The position numbers and the translations under genes were made by a program. The notes under the pieces are model-generated. The model searched no databases. It was not told where the DNA came from and saw nothing but the letters and a program-made list of their open reading frames with translations. A stretch of 64,000 nt of DNA, from the NCBI RefSeq assembly GCF_009914755.1, contig NC_060927.1; one strand, given 5' to 3'. The DNA is from the human T2T-CHM13v2.0 reference genome, Homo sapiens. Shown here piece after piece: positions 45,901-62,400 of the stretch; within the stretch, counting starts at the first letter, position 1; every line of letters begins with the position of its first letter.

Positions 45901-48900
45901 AAAATATCAAACTACCCAAGGTATATATTCTATACTGTACAAAAAATATCAAAGTACCCAAAGCATGTATTATATAATGTACATAAAATATGAAAGTACA
46001 TCAAATATATATTTTATTCTGTACATAAAATATCAAAGAACACCAGATATATATTCTATAGTGTACATAAAATATCAAAGTACCCAAACTATACATTATA
46101 TACTGTACATAAAATATGAAATTACAGCAAATATATATTATATTAGGTACATAAAATATGAAAGTACATCAAATATAGATTATATACTGTACATTAAATA
46201 CCAAAGTACCCCAAATATATATTTTATACTGTACATGAAATATCAAAGTTCACAAACTATATATTATATACTGTACATAAAATATCAATGTACCCAAGGT
46301 ATATATTCTATACTGCACAAAAAATATCAAAATACCCAAAGCATGTATTATATACTGTATATAAAATATGAAAGTACATCAAATATATATTTTATTCTGT
46401 ACATAAAATATCAAAGTACACCAGATATATATTCTATAGTGTACATAAAATAACAAAGTACACAAACTATAAATTATATCCTGTACATAAAATATGAAAT
46501 TACATCAAATATATATTAGGTACATAAAATATGAAAGTACATCAAATATAGATTATATACTGTACATTAAGTACCAAAGTACACCAAATATATATTTTAT
46601 TCTGTACATAAAATATCAAAGTACACCAGATATATATTCTATAGTGTACATAAAATATCAAAGTACCCAAACTATACATTATATACTGTACATAAAATAT
46701 GAAATTACATCAAATATATATTATATTAGGTAAATGAAATATGAAAGTACATCAAATATAGATTATATACTGTACATAAAATATGAAAGTACCCCAAATA
46801 TATATTATATACTCTACATGAAATATCAAAGTTCACAAACTATATATTATATACTGTACATAAAATATCAAAGTACCCAAGGTATATATTCTATACTGTA
46901 CAAAAAATATCAAAGTATCCAAAGCATGTATTATATACTGTATATAAAATATGAAAGTACATCAAATATATATTTTATTCTGTACATAAAATATCAAAGT
47001 ACACCAGATATATATTCTATAGTGTACATAAAATATCAAAGTACCCAAACTATACATTATATACTGTACATAAAATATGAAATTACATCAAATATATATT
47101 ATATTAGGTAAATGAAATATGAAAGTACATCAAATATAGATTATATACTGTACATAAAATATGAAAGTACCCCAAATATATATTATATACTCTACATGAA
47201 ATATCAAAGTTCACAAACTATATATTATATACTGTCCATAAAATATCAAAGTACCCAAGGTATATATTTTATACTGTACAAAAAATATCAAAGTACCCAA
47301 AGCATGTATTATATACTATACCTAAAATATGAAAGTACATCAAATATATATTTTATTCTCTACATAAAATATCAAAGTACACCAGATATATATTCTACAG
47401 TGTATATAAAATATCAAAGTACCCAAACTATACATTATATACTGTACATAAAATATGAAATTACATCAAATATATATTATATTAGGTACATAAAATATGA
47501 AAGTACATGAAGTATAGATTATATACTGTACATAAAATATCAAAGTACCCCAAATTTATATTATATACTATACATGAAATATCAAAGTTCACAAACTATA
47601 TATTATATACTGTACATAAAATATCAAAGTACCCAAGGTATATATTCTATAGTGTACAAAAAATATCAAAGTACCCAAAGCATGTATTATATACCGTACG
47701 TAAAATATAAAATTACATCAAATATATATTTTATTCTGTACATAAAATATCAAAGTACACCAGATATATATACTATAGTGTACATAAAATATCAAAGTAC
47801 CCAAACTATACATTATACACTGCACATAAAATATGAAATTACATCAAATATATATTAGGTACATAAAATATGAAAGTACATCAAATATAGATTATATACT
47901 GTAAATATAATATCAATGTACCCCAAATATATATTTTATACTCTACATGAAATATCAAAGTTCACAAACCATATATTATATACTGTACATAAAATATCAA
48001 AGTACCCAAGGTATATATTCTATACTGTACAAAAAATATCAAAGTACCCAATGCATGTATTATATACTGTACATAAAATATGAAAGTACATCAAATATAT
48101 ATTTTATTCTGTACATAAAATATCAAAGTACACCAGATATATATTCTATAGTGTACATAAAATAACAAAGTACACAAACTATAAATTATATCCTGTACAT
48201 AAAATATGAAATTACATCAAATATATATTAGGTACATAAAATATGAAAGTACATCAAATATAGATTATATACTGTACATTAAGTACCAAAGTACACCAAA
48301 TATATATTTTATTCTGTACATAAAATATCAAAGTACACCAGATATATATTCTATAGTGTACATAAAATATCAAAGTACCCAAACTATACATTATATACTG
48401 TACATAAAATATGAAATTACAGCAAATATATATTATATTAGGTACATAAAATATGAAAGTACATCAAATATAGATTATATACTCTACATTAAATACCAAA
48501 GTACCCCAAATATATATTTTATACTGTACATGAAATATCAAAGTTCACAAACTATATATTATATACTGTACATAAAATATCAATGTACCCAAGGTATATA
48601 TTCTATACTGCACAAAAAATATCAAAGTACCCAAAGCATGTATTATATACTGTATATAAAATATGAAAGTACATCAAATATATATTTTATTCTGTACATA
48701 AAATATCAAAGTACACCAGATATATATTCTATAGTGTACATAAAATATCAAAGTACCCAAACTATACATTATATACTGTACATAAAATATGAAATTACAT
48801 CAAATATATATTATATTAGGTACATAAAATACGAAAGTACATCAAATATAGATTATATACTGTAAATATAATATCAATGTACCCCAAATATATATTTTAT

Positions 48901-51900
48901 ACTCTACATGAAATATCAAAGTTCACAAACCATATATTATATACTGTACATAAAATATCAAAGTACCCAAGGTATATATTCTATACTGTACAAAAAATAT
49001 CAAAGTACCCAAAGCATGTATTATATACTATACCTAAAATATGAAAGTACATCAAATATATATTTTATTCTGTACATAAAATATCAAAGTACACCAGATA
49101 TATATTCTACAGTGTACATAAAATATCAAAGTACCCAAACTATACATTATATACTGTACATAAAATATGAAATTACATCAAATATATATTATATTAGGTA
49201 CATAAAATACGAAAGTACATCAAATATAGATTATATACTGTACATAAAATATCAAAGTACCCAATATATATTATATACTGTACATGAAATATCAAAGTTC
49301 ACAAACTATATATTATGTACTGTACATAAAATATCAAAGTACCGAAGGTATATATTCTATACTGTACAAAAAATATCAAAGTACCCAAAGCATGTATTAT
49401 ATAATGTACATAAAATATGAAAGTACATCAAATATATATTTTATTCTGTACATAAAATATCAAAGTACACCAGATATATATTCTATAGCGTACATAAAAT
49501 ATCAAAGTACACAAACTATACATTATATACTGTACATAAAATATGAAATTACATCAAATATATATTATATTAGGTAAATGAAATATGAAAGTACATCTAA
49601 TATAGATTATATACTGTACATAAAATATGAAAGTACCCCAAATATATATTATATACTCTACATGAAATATCAAAGTTCACAAACTATATATTATATACTG
49701 TACATAAAATATCAAAGTACCCAAGGTATATATTCTATACTGTACAAAAAATATCAAAGTATCCAAAGCATGTATTATATACTGTATATAAAATATGAAA
49801 GTACATCAAATATATATTTTATTCTGTACATAAAATATCAAAGTACACCAGATATATATTCTATAGCGTACATAAAATATCAAAGTACACAAACTATACA
49901 TTATATACTGTACATAAAATATGAAATTACATCAAATATATATTATATTAGGTACATAAAATATGAAAGTACATCAAATATAGATTATATACTGTACATA
50001 TAATATCAATGTACCCCAAATATATATTTTATACTCTACATGAAATATCAAAGTTCACAAACCATATATTATATACTGTACATAAAATATCAAAGTACCC
50101 AAGGTATATATTCTATACTGTACAAAAAATATCAAAGTACCCAAAGCATGTATTATATACTGTACATAAAATATGAAAGTACATCAAATATATATTTTAT
50201 TCTGTACATAAAATATCAAAGTACACCAGATATATATTCTATAGTGTACATAAAATATCAAAGTACCCAAACTATACATTATATACTGTACATAAAATAT
50301 GAAATTACATCAAATATATATTATATTAGGTAAATGAAATATGAAAGTACATCAAATATAGATTATATACTGTACATAAAATATGAAAGTACCCCAAATA
50401 TATATTATATACTCTACATGAAATATCAAAGTTCACAAACTATATATTATATACTGTACATAAAATATCAAAGTACCCAAGGTATATATTCTATACTGTA
50501 CAAAAAATATCAAAGTATCCAAAGCATGTATTATATACTGTATATAAAATATGAAAGTACATCAAATATATATTTTATTCTGTACATAAAATATCAAAGT
50601 ACACCAGATATATATTCTATAGTGTACATAAAATATCAAAGTACCCAAACTATACATTATATACTGTACATAAAATATGAAATTACAGCAAATATATATT
50701 ATATTAGGTACATAAAATATGAAAGTACATCAAATATAGATTATATACTCTACATTAAATACCAAAGTACCCCAAATATATATTTTATACTGTACATGAA
50801 ATATCAAAGTTCACAAACTATATATTATATACTGTACATAAAATATCAATGTACCCAAGGTATATATTCTATACTGCACAAAAAATATCAAAGTACCCAA
50901 AGCATGTATTATATACTGTATATAAAATATGAAAGTACATCAAATATATATTTTATTCTGTACATAAAATATCAAAGTACACCAGATATATATTCTATAG
51001 TGTACATAAAATATCAAAGTACCCAAACTATACATTATATACTGTACATAAAATATGAAATTACATCAAATATATATTATATTAGGTACATTAAATACGA
51101 AAGTACATCAAATATAGATTATATACTGTACATAAAATATGAAAGTACCCCAATATATATTATATACTCTACATGAAATATCAAAGTTCACAAACTATAT
51201 ATTATGTACTGTACATAAAATATCAAACTACCCAAGGTATATATTCTATACTGTACAAAAAATATCAAAGTACCCAAAGCATGTATTATATAATGTACAT
51301 AAAATATGAAAGTACATCAAATATATATTTTATTCTGTACATAAAATATCAAAGAACACCAGATATATATTCTATAGTGTACATAAAATATCAAAGTACC
51401 CAAACTATACATTATATACTGTACATAAAATATGAAATTACAGCAAATATATATTATATTAGGTACATAAAATATGAAAGTACATCAAATATAGATTATA
51501 TACTGTACATTAAATACCAAAGTACCCCAAATATATATTTTATACTGTACATGAAATATCAAAGTTCACAAACTATATATTATATACTGTACATAAAATA
51601 TCAATGTACCCAAGGTATATATTCTATACTGCACAAAAAATATCAAAATACCCAAAGCATGTATTATATACTGTATATAAAATATGAAAGTACATCAAAT
51701 ATATATTTTATTCTGTACATAAAATATCAAAGTACACCAGATATATATTCTATAGTGTACATAAAATAACAAAGTACACAAACTATAAATTATATCCTGT
51801 ACATAAAATATGAAATTACATCAAATATATATTAGGTACATAAAATATGAAAGTACATCAAATATAGATTATATACTGTACATTAAGTACCAAAGTACAC

Positions 51901-52025
51901 CAAATATATATTTTATTCTGTACATAAAATATCAAAGTACACCAGATATATATTCTATAGTGTACATAAAATATCAAAGTACCCAAACTATACATTATAT
52001 ACTGTACATAAAATATGAAATTACA
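42981..52025 (+). repeat. 5,316-bp offset tandem duplication (second copy partial, about 3.7 kb matched)
   Basis: ORF pairs 43592/48908, 43968/49284, 44262/49578, 44724/50040, 45018/50334, 45857/51173 and 46494/51810. Private 376-bp HOR and ACATCTAAT marker at 44282/49598. Confidence 0.85.
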
Positions 52026-53363
52026 GCAAATATATATTATATTAGGTACATAAAATATGAAAGTACATCAAATATAGATTATATACTCTACATTAAATAC
52101 CAAAGTACCCCAAATATATATTTTATACTGTACATGAAATATCAAAGTTCACAAACTATATATTATATACTGTACATAAAATATCAATGTACCCAAGGTA
52201 TATATTCTATACTGCACAAAAAATATCAAAGTACCCAAAGCATGTATTATATACTGTATATAAAATATGAAAGTACATCAAATATATATTTTATTCTGTA
52301 CATAAAATATCAAAGTACACCAGATATATATTCTATAGTGTACATAAAATATCAAAGTACCCAAACTATACATTATATACTGTACATAAAATATGAAATT
52401 ACATCAAATATATATTATATTAGGTACATTAAATACGAAAGTACATCAAATATAGATTATATACTGTACATAAAATATGAAAGTACCCCAATATATATTA
52501 TATACTCTACATGAAATATCAAAGTTCACAAACTATATATTATGTACTGTACATAAAATATCAAACTACCCAAGGTATATATTCTATACTGTACAAAAAA
52601 TATCAAAGTACCCAAAGCATGTATTATATAATGTACATAAAATATGAAAGTACATCAAATATATATTTTATTCTGTACATAAAATATCAAAGAACACCAG
52701 ATATATATTCTATAGTGTACATAAAATATCAAAGTACCCAAACTATACATTATATACTGTACATAAAATATGAAATTACAGCAAATATATATTATATTAG
52801 GTACATAAAATATGAAAGTACATCAAATATAGATTATATACTGTACATTAAATACCAAAGTACCCCAAATATATATTTTATACTGTACATGAAATATCAA
52901 AGTTCACAAACTATATATTATATACTGTACATAAAATATCAATGTACCCAAGGTATATATTCTATACTGCACAAAAAATATCAAAATACCCAAAGCATGT
53001 ATTATATACTGTATATAAAATATGAAAGTACATCAAATATATATTTTATTCTGTACATAAAATATCAAAGTACACCAGATATATATTCTATAGTGTACAT
53101 AAAATAACAAAGTACACAAACTATAAATTATATCCTGTACATAAAATATGAAATTACATCAAATATATATTAGGTACATAAAATATGAAAGTACATCAAA
53201 TATAGATTATATACTGTACATTAAGTACCAAAGTACACCAAATATATATTTTATTCTGTACATAAAATATCAAAGTACACCAGATATATATTCTATAGTG
53301 TACATAAAATATCAAAGTACCCAAACTATACATTATATACTGTACATAAAATATGAAATTACA
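50563..53363 (+). repeat. 1,338-bp tandem duplication (377 + 378 + 583)
   Basis: ORF pairs 51173/52511 and 51810/53148. Markers GGTACATTAAATACG and CAAAATACCCAAAGC occur in both copies. Confidence 0.85.
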
Positions 53364-53789
53364 TCAAATATATATTATATTAGGTAAATGAAATATGAAA
53401 GTACATCAAATATAGATTATATACTGTACATAAAATATGAAAGTACCCCAAATATATATTATATACTCTACATGAAATATCAAAGTTCACAAACTATATA
53501 TTATATACTGTCCATAAAATATCAAAGTACCCAAGGTATATATTTTATACTGTACAAAAAATATCAAAGTACCCAAAGCATGTATTATATACTATACCTA
53601 AAATATGAAAGTACATCAAATATATATTTTATTCTGTACATAAAATATCAAAGTACACCAGATATATATACTATAGTGTACATAAAATATCAAAGTACCC
53701 AAACTATACACTATACACTGCACATAAAATATGAAATTACATCAAATATATATTAGGTACATAAAATATGAAAGTACATCAAATATAGA

Positions 53790-56700
53790 TTATATACTGT
53801 AAATATAATATCAATGTACCCCAAATATATATTTTATACTCTACATGAAATATCAAAGTTCACAAACCATATATTATATACTGTACATAAAATATCAAAG
53901 TACCCAAGGTATATATTCTATACTGTACAAAAAATATCAAAGTACCCAAAGCATGTATTATATACTGTACATAAAATATGAAAGTACATCAAATATATAT
54001 TTTATTCTGTACATAAAATATCAAAGTACACCAGATATATATTCTATAGTGTACATAAAATATCAAAGTACCCAAACTATACATTATATACTGTACATAA
54101 AATATGAAATTACATCAAATATATATTATATTAGGTAAATGAAATATGAAAGTACATCAAATATAGATTATATACTGTACATAAAATATGAAAGTACCCC
54201 AAATATATATTATATACTCTACATGAAATATCAAAGTTCACAAACTATATATTATATACTGTCCATAAAATATCAAAGTACCCCAGGTATATATTTTATA
54301 CTGTACAAAAAATATCAAAGTACCCAAAGCATGTATTATATACTATACCTAAAATATGAAAGTACATCAAATATATATTTTATTCTGTACATAAAATATC
54401 AAAGTACACCAGATATATATACTATAGTGTACATAAAATATCAAAGTAGCCAAACTATACATTATACACTGCACATAAAATATGAAATTACATCAAATAT
54501 ATATTAGGTACATAAAATATGAAAGTACATCAAATATAGATTATATACTGTAAATATAATATCAATGTACCCCAAATATATATTTTATACTCTACATGAA
54601 ATATCAAAGTTCACAAACCATATATTATATACTGTACATAAAATATCAAAGTACCCAAGGTATATATTCTATACTGTACAAAAAATATCAAAGTACCCAA
54701 AGCATGTATTATATACTGTACATAAAATATGAAAGTACATCAAATATATATTTTATTCTGTACATAAAATATCAAAGTACACCAGATATATATTCTATAG
54801 TGTACATAAAATAACAAAGTACACAAACTATAAATTATATCCTGTACATAAAATATGAAATTACATCAAATATATATTAGGTATATAAAATATGAAAGTA
54901 CATCAAATATAGATTATATACTGTACATTAAGTGCCAAAGTACACCAAATATATATTTTATTCTGTACATAAAATATCAAAGTACACCATATATATATTC
55001 TATAGTGTACATAAAATATCAAAGTACCCAAACTATACATTATATACTGTACATAAAATATGAAATTACAGCAAATATATATTATATTAGGTACATAAAA
55101 TATGAAAGTACATCAAATATAGATTATATACTCTACATTAAATACCAAAGTACCCCAAATATATATTTTATACTGTACATGAAATATCAAAGTTCACAAA
55201 CTATATATTATATACTGTACATAAAATATCAATGTACCCAAGGTATATATTCTATACTGCACAAAAAATATCAAAGTACCCAAAGCATGTATTATATACT
55301 GTATATAAAATATGAAAGTACATCAAATATATATTTTATTCTGTACATAAAATATCAAAGTACACCAGATATATATTCTATAGTGTACATAAAATATCAA
55401 AGTACCCAAACTATACATTATATACTGTACATAAAATATGAAATTACATCAAATATATATTATATTAGGTACATAAAATACGAAAGTACATCAAATATAG
55501 ATTATATACTGTACATAAAATATGAAAGTACCCCAATATATATTATATACTCTACATGAAATATCAAAGTTCACAAACTATATATTATGTACTGTACATA
55601 AAATATCAAACTACCCAAGGTATATATTCTATACTGTACAAAAAATATCAAAGTACCCAAAGCATGTATTATATAATGTACATAAAATATGAAAGTACAT
55701 CAAATATATATTTTATTCTGTACATAAAATATCAAAGAACACCAGATATATATTCTATAGTGTACATAAAATATCAAAGTACCCAAACTATACATTATAT
55801 ACTGTACATAAAATATGAAATTACCTCAAATATATATTATATTAGGTACATAAAATATGAAAGTACATCAAATATAGATTATATACTGTAAATATAATAT
55901 CAATGTACCCCAAATATATATTTTATACTCTACATGAAATATCAAAGTTCACAAACCATATATTATATACTGTACATAAAATATCAAAGTACCCAAGGTA
56001 TATATTCTATACTGTACAAAAAATATCAAAGTACCCAAAGCATGTATTATATACTGTACATAAAATATGAAAGTACATCAAATATATATTTTATTCTGTA
56101 CATAAAATATCAAAGTACACCAGATATATATTCTATAGTGTACATAAAATATCAAAGTACCCAAACTATACATTATATACTGTACATAAAATATGAAATT
56201 ACATCAAATATATATTATATTAGGTACATAAAATATGAAAGTACATCAAATATAGATTATATACTGTAAATATAATATCAATGTACCCCAAATATATATT
56301 TTATACTCTACATGAAATATCAAAGTTCACAAACCATATATTATATACTGTACATAAAATATCAAAGTACCCAAGGTATATATTCTATACTGTACAAAAA
56401 ATATCAAAGTACCCAAAGCATGTATTATATACTATACCTAAAATATGAAAGTACATCAAATATATATTTTATTCTGTACATAAAATATCAAAGTACACCA
56501 GATATATATTCTACAGTGTACATAAAATATCAAAGTACCCAAACTATACATTATATACTGTACATAAAATATGAAATTACATCAAATATATATTATATTA
56601 GGTACATTAAATACGAAAGTACATCAAATATAGATTATATACTGTACATAAAATATCAAAGTACCCCAATATATATTATATACTGTACATGAAATATCAA

Positions 56701-59425
56701 AGTTCACAAACTATATAATATGTACTGTACATAAAATATCAAAGTACCCAAGGTATATATTCTATACTGTACAAAAAATATCAAAGTACCCAAAGCATGT
56801 ATTATATAATGTACATAAAATATGAAAGTACATCAAATATATATTTTATTCTGTACATAAAATATCAAAGTACACCAGATATATATTCTATAGCGTACAT
56901 AAAATATCAAAGTACACAAACTATACATTATATACTGTACATAAAATATGAAATTACATCAAATATATATTATATTAGGTAAATGAAATATGAAAGTACA
57001 TCAAATATAGATTATATACTGTACATAAAATATGAAAGTACCCCAAATATATATTATATACTCTACATGAAATATCAAAGTTCACAAACTATATATTATA
57101 TACTGTACATAAAATATCAAAGTACCCAAGGTATATATTCTATACTGTACAAAAAATATCAAAGTATCCAAAGCATGTATTATATACTGTATATAAAATA
57201 TGAAAGTACATCAAATATATATTTTATTCTGTACATAAAATATCAAAGTACACCAGATATATATTCTATAGCGTACATAAAATATCAAAGTACACAAACT
57301 GTACATTATATACTGTACATAAAATATGAAATTACATCAAATATATATTATATTAGGTACATAAAATATGAAAGTACATCAAATATAGATTATATACTGT
57401 AAATATAATATCAATGTACCCCAAATATATATTTTATACTCTACATGAAATATCAAAGTTCACAAACCATATATTATATACTGTACATAAAATATCAAAG
57501 TACCCAAGGTATATATTCTAAACTGTACAAAAAATATCAAAGTACCCAAAGCATGTATTATATACTGTACATAAAATATGAAAGTACATCAAATATATAT
57601 TTTATTCTGTACATAAAATATCAAAGTACACCAGATATATATTCTATAGTGTACATAAAATATCAAAGTACCCAAACTATACATTATATACTGTACATAA
57701 AATATGAAATTACATCAAATATATATTATATTAGGTAAATGAAATATGAAAGTACATCAAATATAGATTATATACTGTACATAAAATATGAAAGTACCCC
57801 AAATATATATTATATACTCTACATGAAATATCAAAGTTCACAAACTATATATTATATACTGTCCATAAAATATCAAAGTACCCCAGGTATATATTTTATA
57901 CTGTACAAAAAATATCAAAGTACCCAAAGCATGTATTATATACTATACCTAAAATATGAAAGTACATCAAATATATATTTTATTCTGTACATAAAATATC
58001 AAAGTACACCAGATATATATACTATAGTGTACATAAAATATCAAAGTACCCAAACTATACATTATACACTGCACATAAAATATGAAATTACATCAAATAT
58101 ATATTAGGTACATAAAATATGAAAGTACATCAAATATAGATTATATACTGTAAATATAATATCAATGTACCCCAAATATATATTTTATACTCTACATGAA
58201 ATATCAAAGTTCACAAACCATATATTATATACTGTACATAAAATATCAAAGTACCCAAGGTATATATTCTATACTGTACAAAAAATATCAAAGTACCCAA
58301 AGCATGTATTATATACTGTACATAAAATATGAAAGTACATCAAATATATATTTTATTCTGTACATAAAATATCAAAGTACACCAGATATATATTCTATAG
58401 TGTACATAAAATAACAAAGTACACAAACTATAAATTATATCCTGTACATAAAATATGAAATTACATCAAATATATATTAGGTACATAAAATATGAAAGTA
58501 CATCAAATATAGATTATATACTGTACATTAAGTGCCAAAGTACACCAAATATATATTTTATTCTGTACATAAAATATCAAAGTACACCAGATATATATTC
58601 TATAGTGTACATAAAATATCAAAGTACCCAAACTATACATTATATACTGTACATAAAATATGAAATTACAGCAAATATATATTATATTACGTACATAAAA
58701 TATGAAAGTACATCAAATATAGATTATATACTCTACATTAAATACCAAAGTACCCCAAATATATATTTTATACTGTACATGAAATATCAAAGTTCACAAA
58801 CTATATATTATATACTGTACATAAAATATCAATGTACCCAAGGTATATATTCTATACTGCACAAAAAATATCAAAGTACCCAAAGCATGTATTATATACT
58901 GTATATAAAATATGAAAGTACATCAAATATATATTTTATTCTGTACATAAAATATCAAAGTACACCAGATATATATTCTATAGTGTACATAAAATATCAA
59001 AGTACCCAAACTATACATTATATACTGTACATAAAATATGAAATTACATCAAATATATATTATATTAGGTACATAAAATACGAAAGTACATCAAATATAG
59101 ATTATATACTGTACATAAAATATGAAAGTACCCCAATATATATTATATACTCTACATGAAATATCAAAGTTCACAAACTATATATTATGTACTGTACATA
59201 AAATATCAAACTACCCAAGGTATATATTCTATACTGTACAAAAAATATCAAAGTACCCAAAGCATGTATTATATAATGTACATAAAATATGAAAGTACAT
59301 CAAATATATATTTTATTCTGTACATAAAATATCAAAGAACACCAGATATATATTCTATAGTGTACATAAAATATCAAAGTACCCAAACTATACATTATAT
59401 ACTGTACATAAAATATGAAATTACA
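53790..59425 (+). repeat. 3,600-bp super-repeat in tandem (second copy partial)
   Basis: ORF pairs 53845/57445, 54139/57739, 54596/58196, 54855/58455 and 55556/59156. CCCCAGG marker at 54284 and 57884. Boundaries approximate. Confidence 0.8.
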
Positions 59426-62400
59426 TCATATATATATTAGGTACATAAAATATGAAAGTACATCAAATATATATTTTATTCTGTACATAAAATATCAAAG
59501 TACACCAGATATATATTCTATAGTGTACATAAAATAACAAAGTACACAAACTATAAATTATATACTGTACATAAAATATGAAATTACATCAAATATATAT
59601 TAGGTACATAAAATATGAAAGTACATCAAATATAGATTATATACTGTACATATAATATCAATGTACCCGAAATATATATTTTATACTCTACATGAAATAT
59701 CAAAGTTCACAAACCATATATTGTATACTGCACATAAAATATCAAAATACACAAGGTATATATTCTATACTGTACAAAAAATATCAAAGTACCCAAAGCA
59801 TGTATTATATACTGTACATAAAATATGAAAGTACATCAAATATATATTTTATTCTGTACATAAAATATCAAAGTACACTAGATATATATTCTATAGTGTA
59901 CATGAAACATCAAAATACCCAAACTATACATTATATACTGTACATAAAATATGAGATTACATCAAATATATATTATATTAGGTACATAAAATATGAAAGT
60001 ACATCAAATATAGATTATATACTGTACATAAACTATCAAAGTACCCCGAATATATATTATATACTCTACATGAAATATCAAAGTTCACAAACTATATATT
60101 ATATACTGTACATAAAATATCAAAGTACCCAAGGTATATATTCTATACTGTACAAAAAATATCAAAGTACCCAAAGCATGTATTATATACTGTATATAAA
60201 ATAAGAAAGTACATTAAATATATATTTTATTCTGTACATAAAATATCAAAGTACACCAGATATATATTCTATAGTGTACATAAAATAACAAAGTACACAA
60301 ACTATAAATTATATCCTGTACATAAAATATGAAATTACATCAAATATATATTAGGTACATAAAATATGAAAGTACATCAAATATAGATTATATACTGAAC
60401 ATATAATATCAATGTACCCCAAATATATATTTGATACTCTACATGAAATATCAAAGTTCAGAAACCATACATTATATACTGTACATAAAATATCAAAGTA
60501 CCCAAGGTATATATTCTATACTGTACAAAAAATATCAAAGTACCCAAAGCATGTATTATATACTGTAGATAATATATGAAAGTACATCAAATATATATTT
60601 TATTCTGTACATAAAATATCAAAGTACACCAGATATATATTCTATAGTGTACATAAAATATCAAAGTACCCAAACTATACAATATATACTGTACATAAAA
60701 TATGAAATTACATCAAATATATATTAGGTACATAAAATATGAAAGTACATCAAATAGATATTTTATTCTGTACATAAAATATCAAAGTACACCAGATATA
60801 TATTCTATAGTGTACATAAAATAACAAAGTACACAAACTATAAATTATATACTGTACATAAAATATGAAATTACATCAAATATATATTAGGTACATAAAA
60901 TATGAAAGTACATCAAATATAGATTATATACTGTACATATAATATCAATGTACCCGAAATATATATTTTATACTCTACATGAAATATCAAAGTTCACAAA
61001 CCATATATTGTATACTGCACATAAAATATCAAAATACCCAAGGTATATATTCTATACTGTACAAAAAATATCAAAGTACCCAAAGCAGGTATTATATACT
61101 GTACATAAAATATGAAAGTACATCAAATATATATTTTATTCTGTACATAAAATATCAAAGTACACCAGATATATATGCTATAGCGTACATAAAATATCAA
61201 AGTACACAAACTATACATTATATACTGTACATAAAATATGAAATTACATCAAATATATATTATATTAGGTACATAAAATATGAAAGTACATCAAATATAG
61301 ATTATATACTGTACATTAAATACCAAAGTACCCCAAATATATATTTTATACTGTACATGAAATTTCAAAGTTCACAAACTATATATTATATACTGTACAT
61401 AAAATATCAAAGTACCCAAGGTATATATTCTATACTGTGCAAAAAATATCAAAGTACCCAAAGCATGTATTATATACTGTATATAAAATATGAAAGTACA
61501 TCAAATATATATTTTATTCTGTACATAAAATATCAATGTACACCAGATATATATTCTATAGTGTACATAAAATATCAAAGTACCCAAATTATACATTATA
61601 TACTGTACATAAAATATGAAATTACATCAAATATATATTATATTAGGTACATAAAATACGAAAGTACATCAAATATAGATTATATACTGTACATAAAATA
61701 TGAAAGTACCCCAATATATATTATATACTGTACATGAAATATCAAAGTTCACAAACTATATATTATGTACTGTACATAAAATATCAAAGTACCCAAGGTA
61801 TATATTCTATACTGTACAAAAAATATCAAAGTACCCAAAGCATGTATTATATAATGTACATAAAATATGAAAGTACATCAAATATATATTTTATTCTGTA
61901 CATAAAATATCAAAGAACACCAGATATATATTCTATAGTGTACATAAAATATCAAAGTACTCAAACTATACATTATATACTGTACATAAAATATGAAATT
62001 ACATCAAATATATATTAGGTACATAAAATATGAAAGTACATCAAATATATATTTTATTCTGTACATAAAATATCAAAGTACACCAGATATATATTCTATA
62101 GTGTACATAAAATAACAAAGTACACAAACTATAAATTATATAATGTACATAAAATATGAAATTACATCAAATATATATTAGGTACATAAAATATGAAAGT
62201 ACATCAAATATAGATTATATACTGTACATATAATATCAATGTACCCGAAATATATATTTTATACTCTACATGAAATATCAAAGTTCACAAACCATATATT
62301 GTATACTGCACATAAAATATCAAAATACCCAAGGTATATATTCTATACTGTACAAAAAATATCAAAGTACCCAAAGCAGGTATTATATACTGTACATAAA

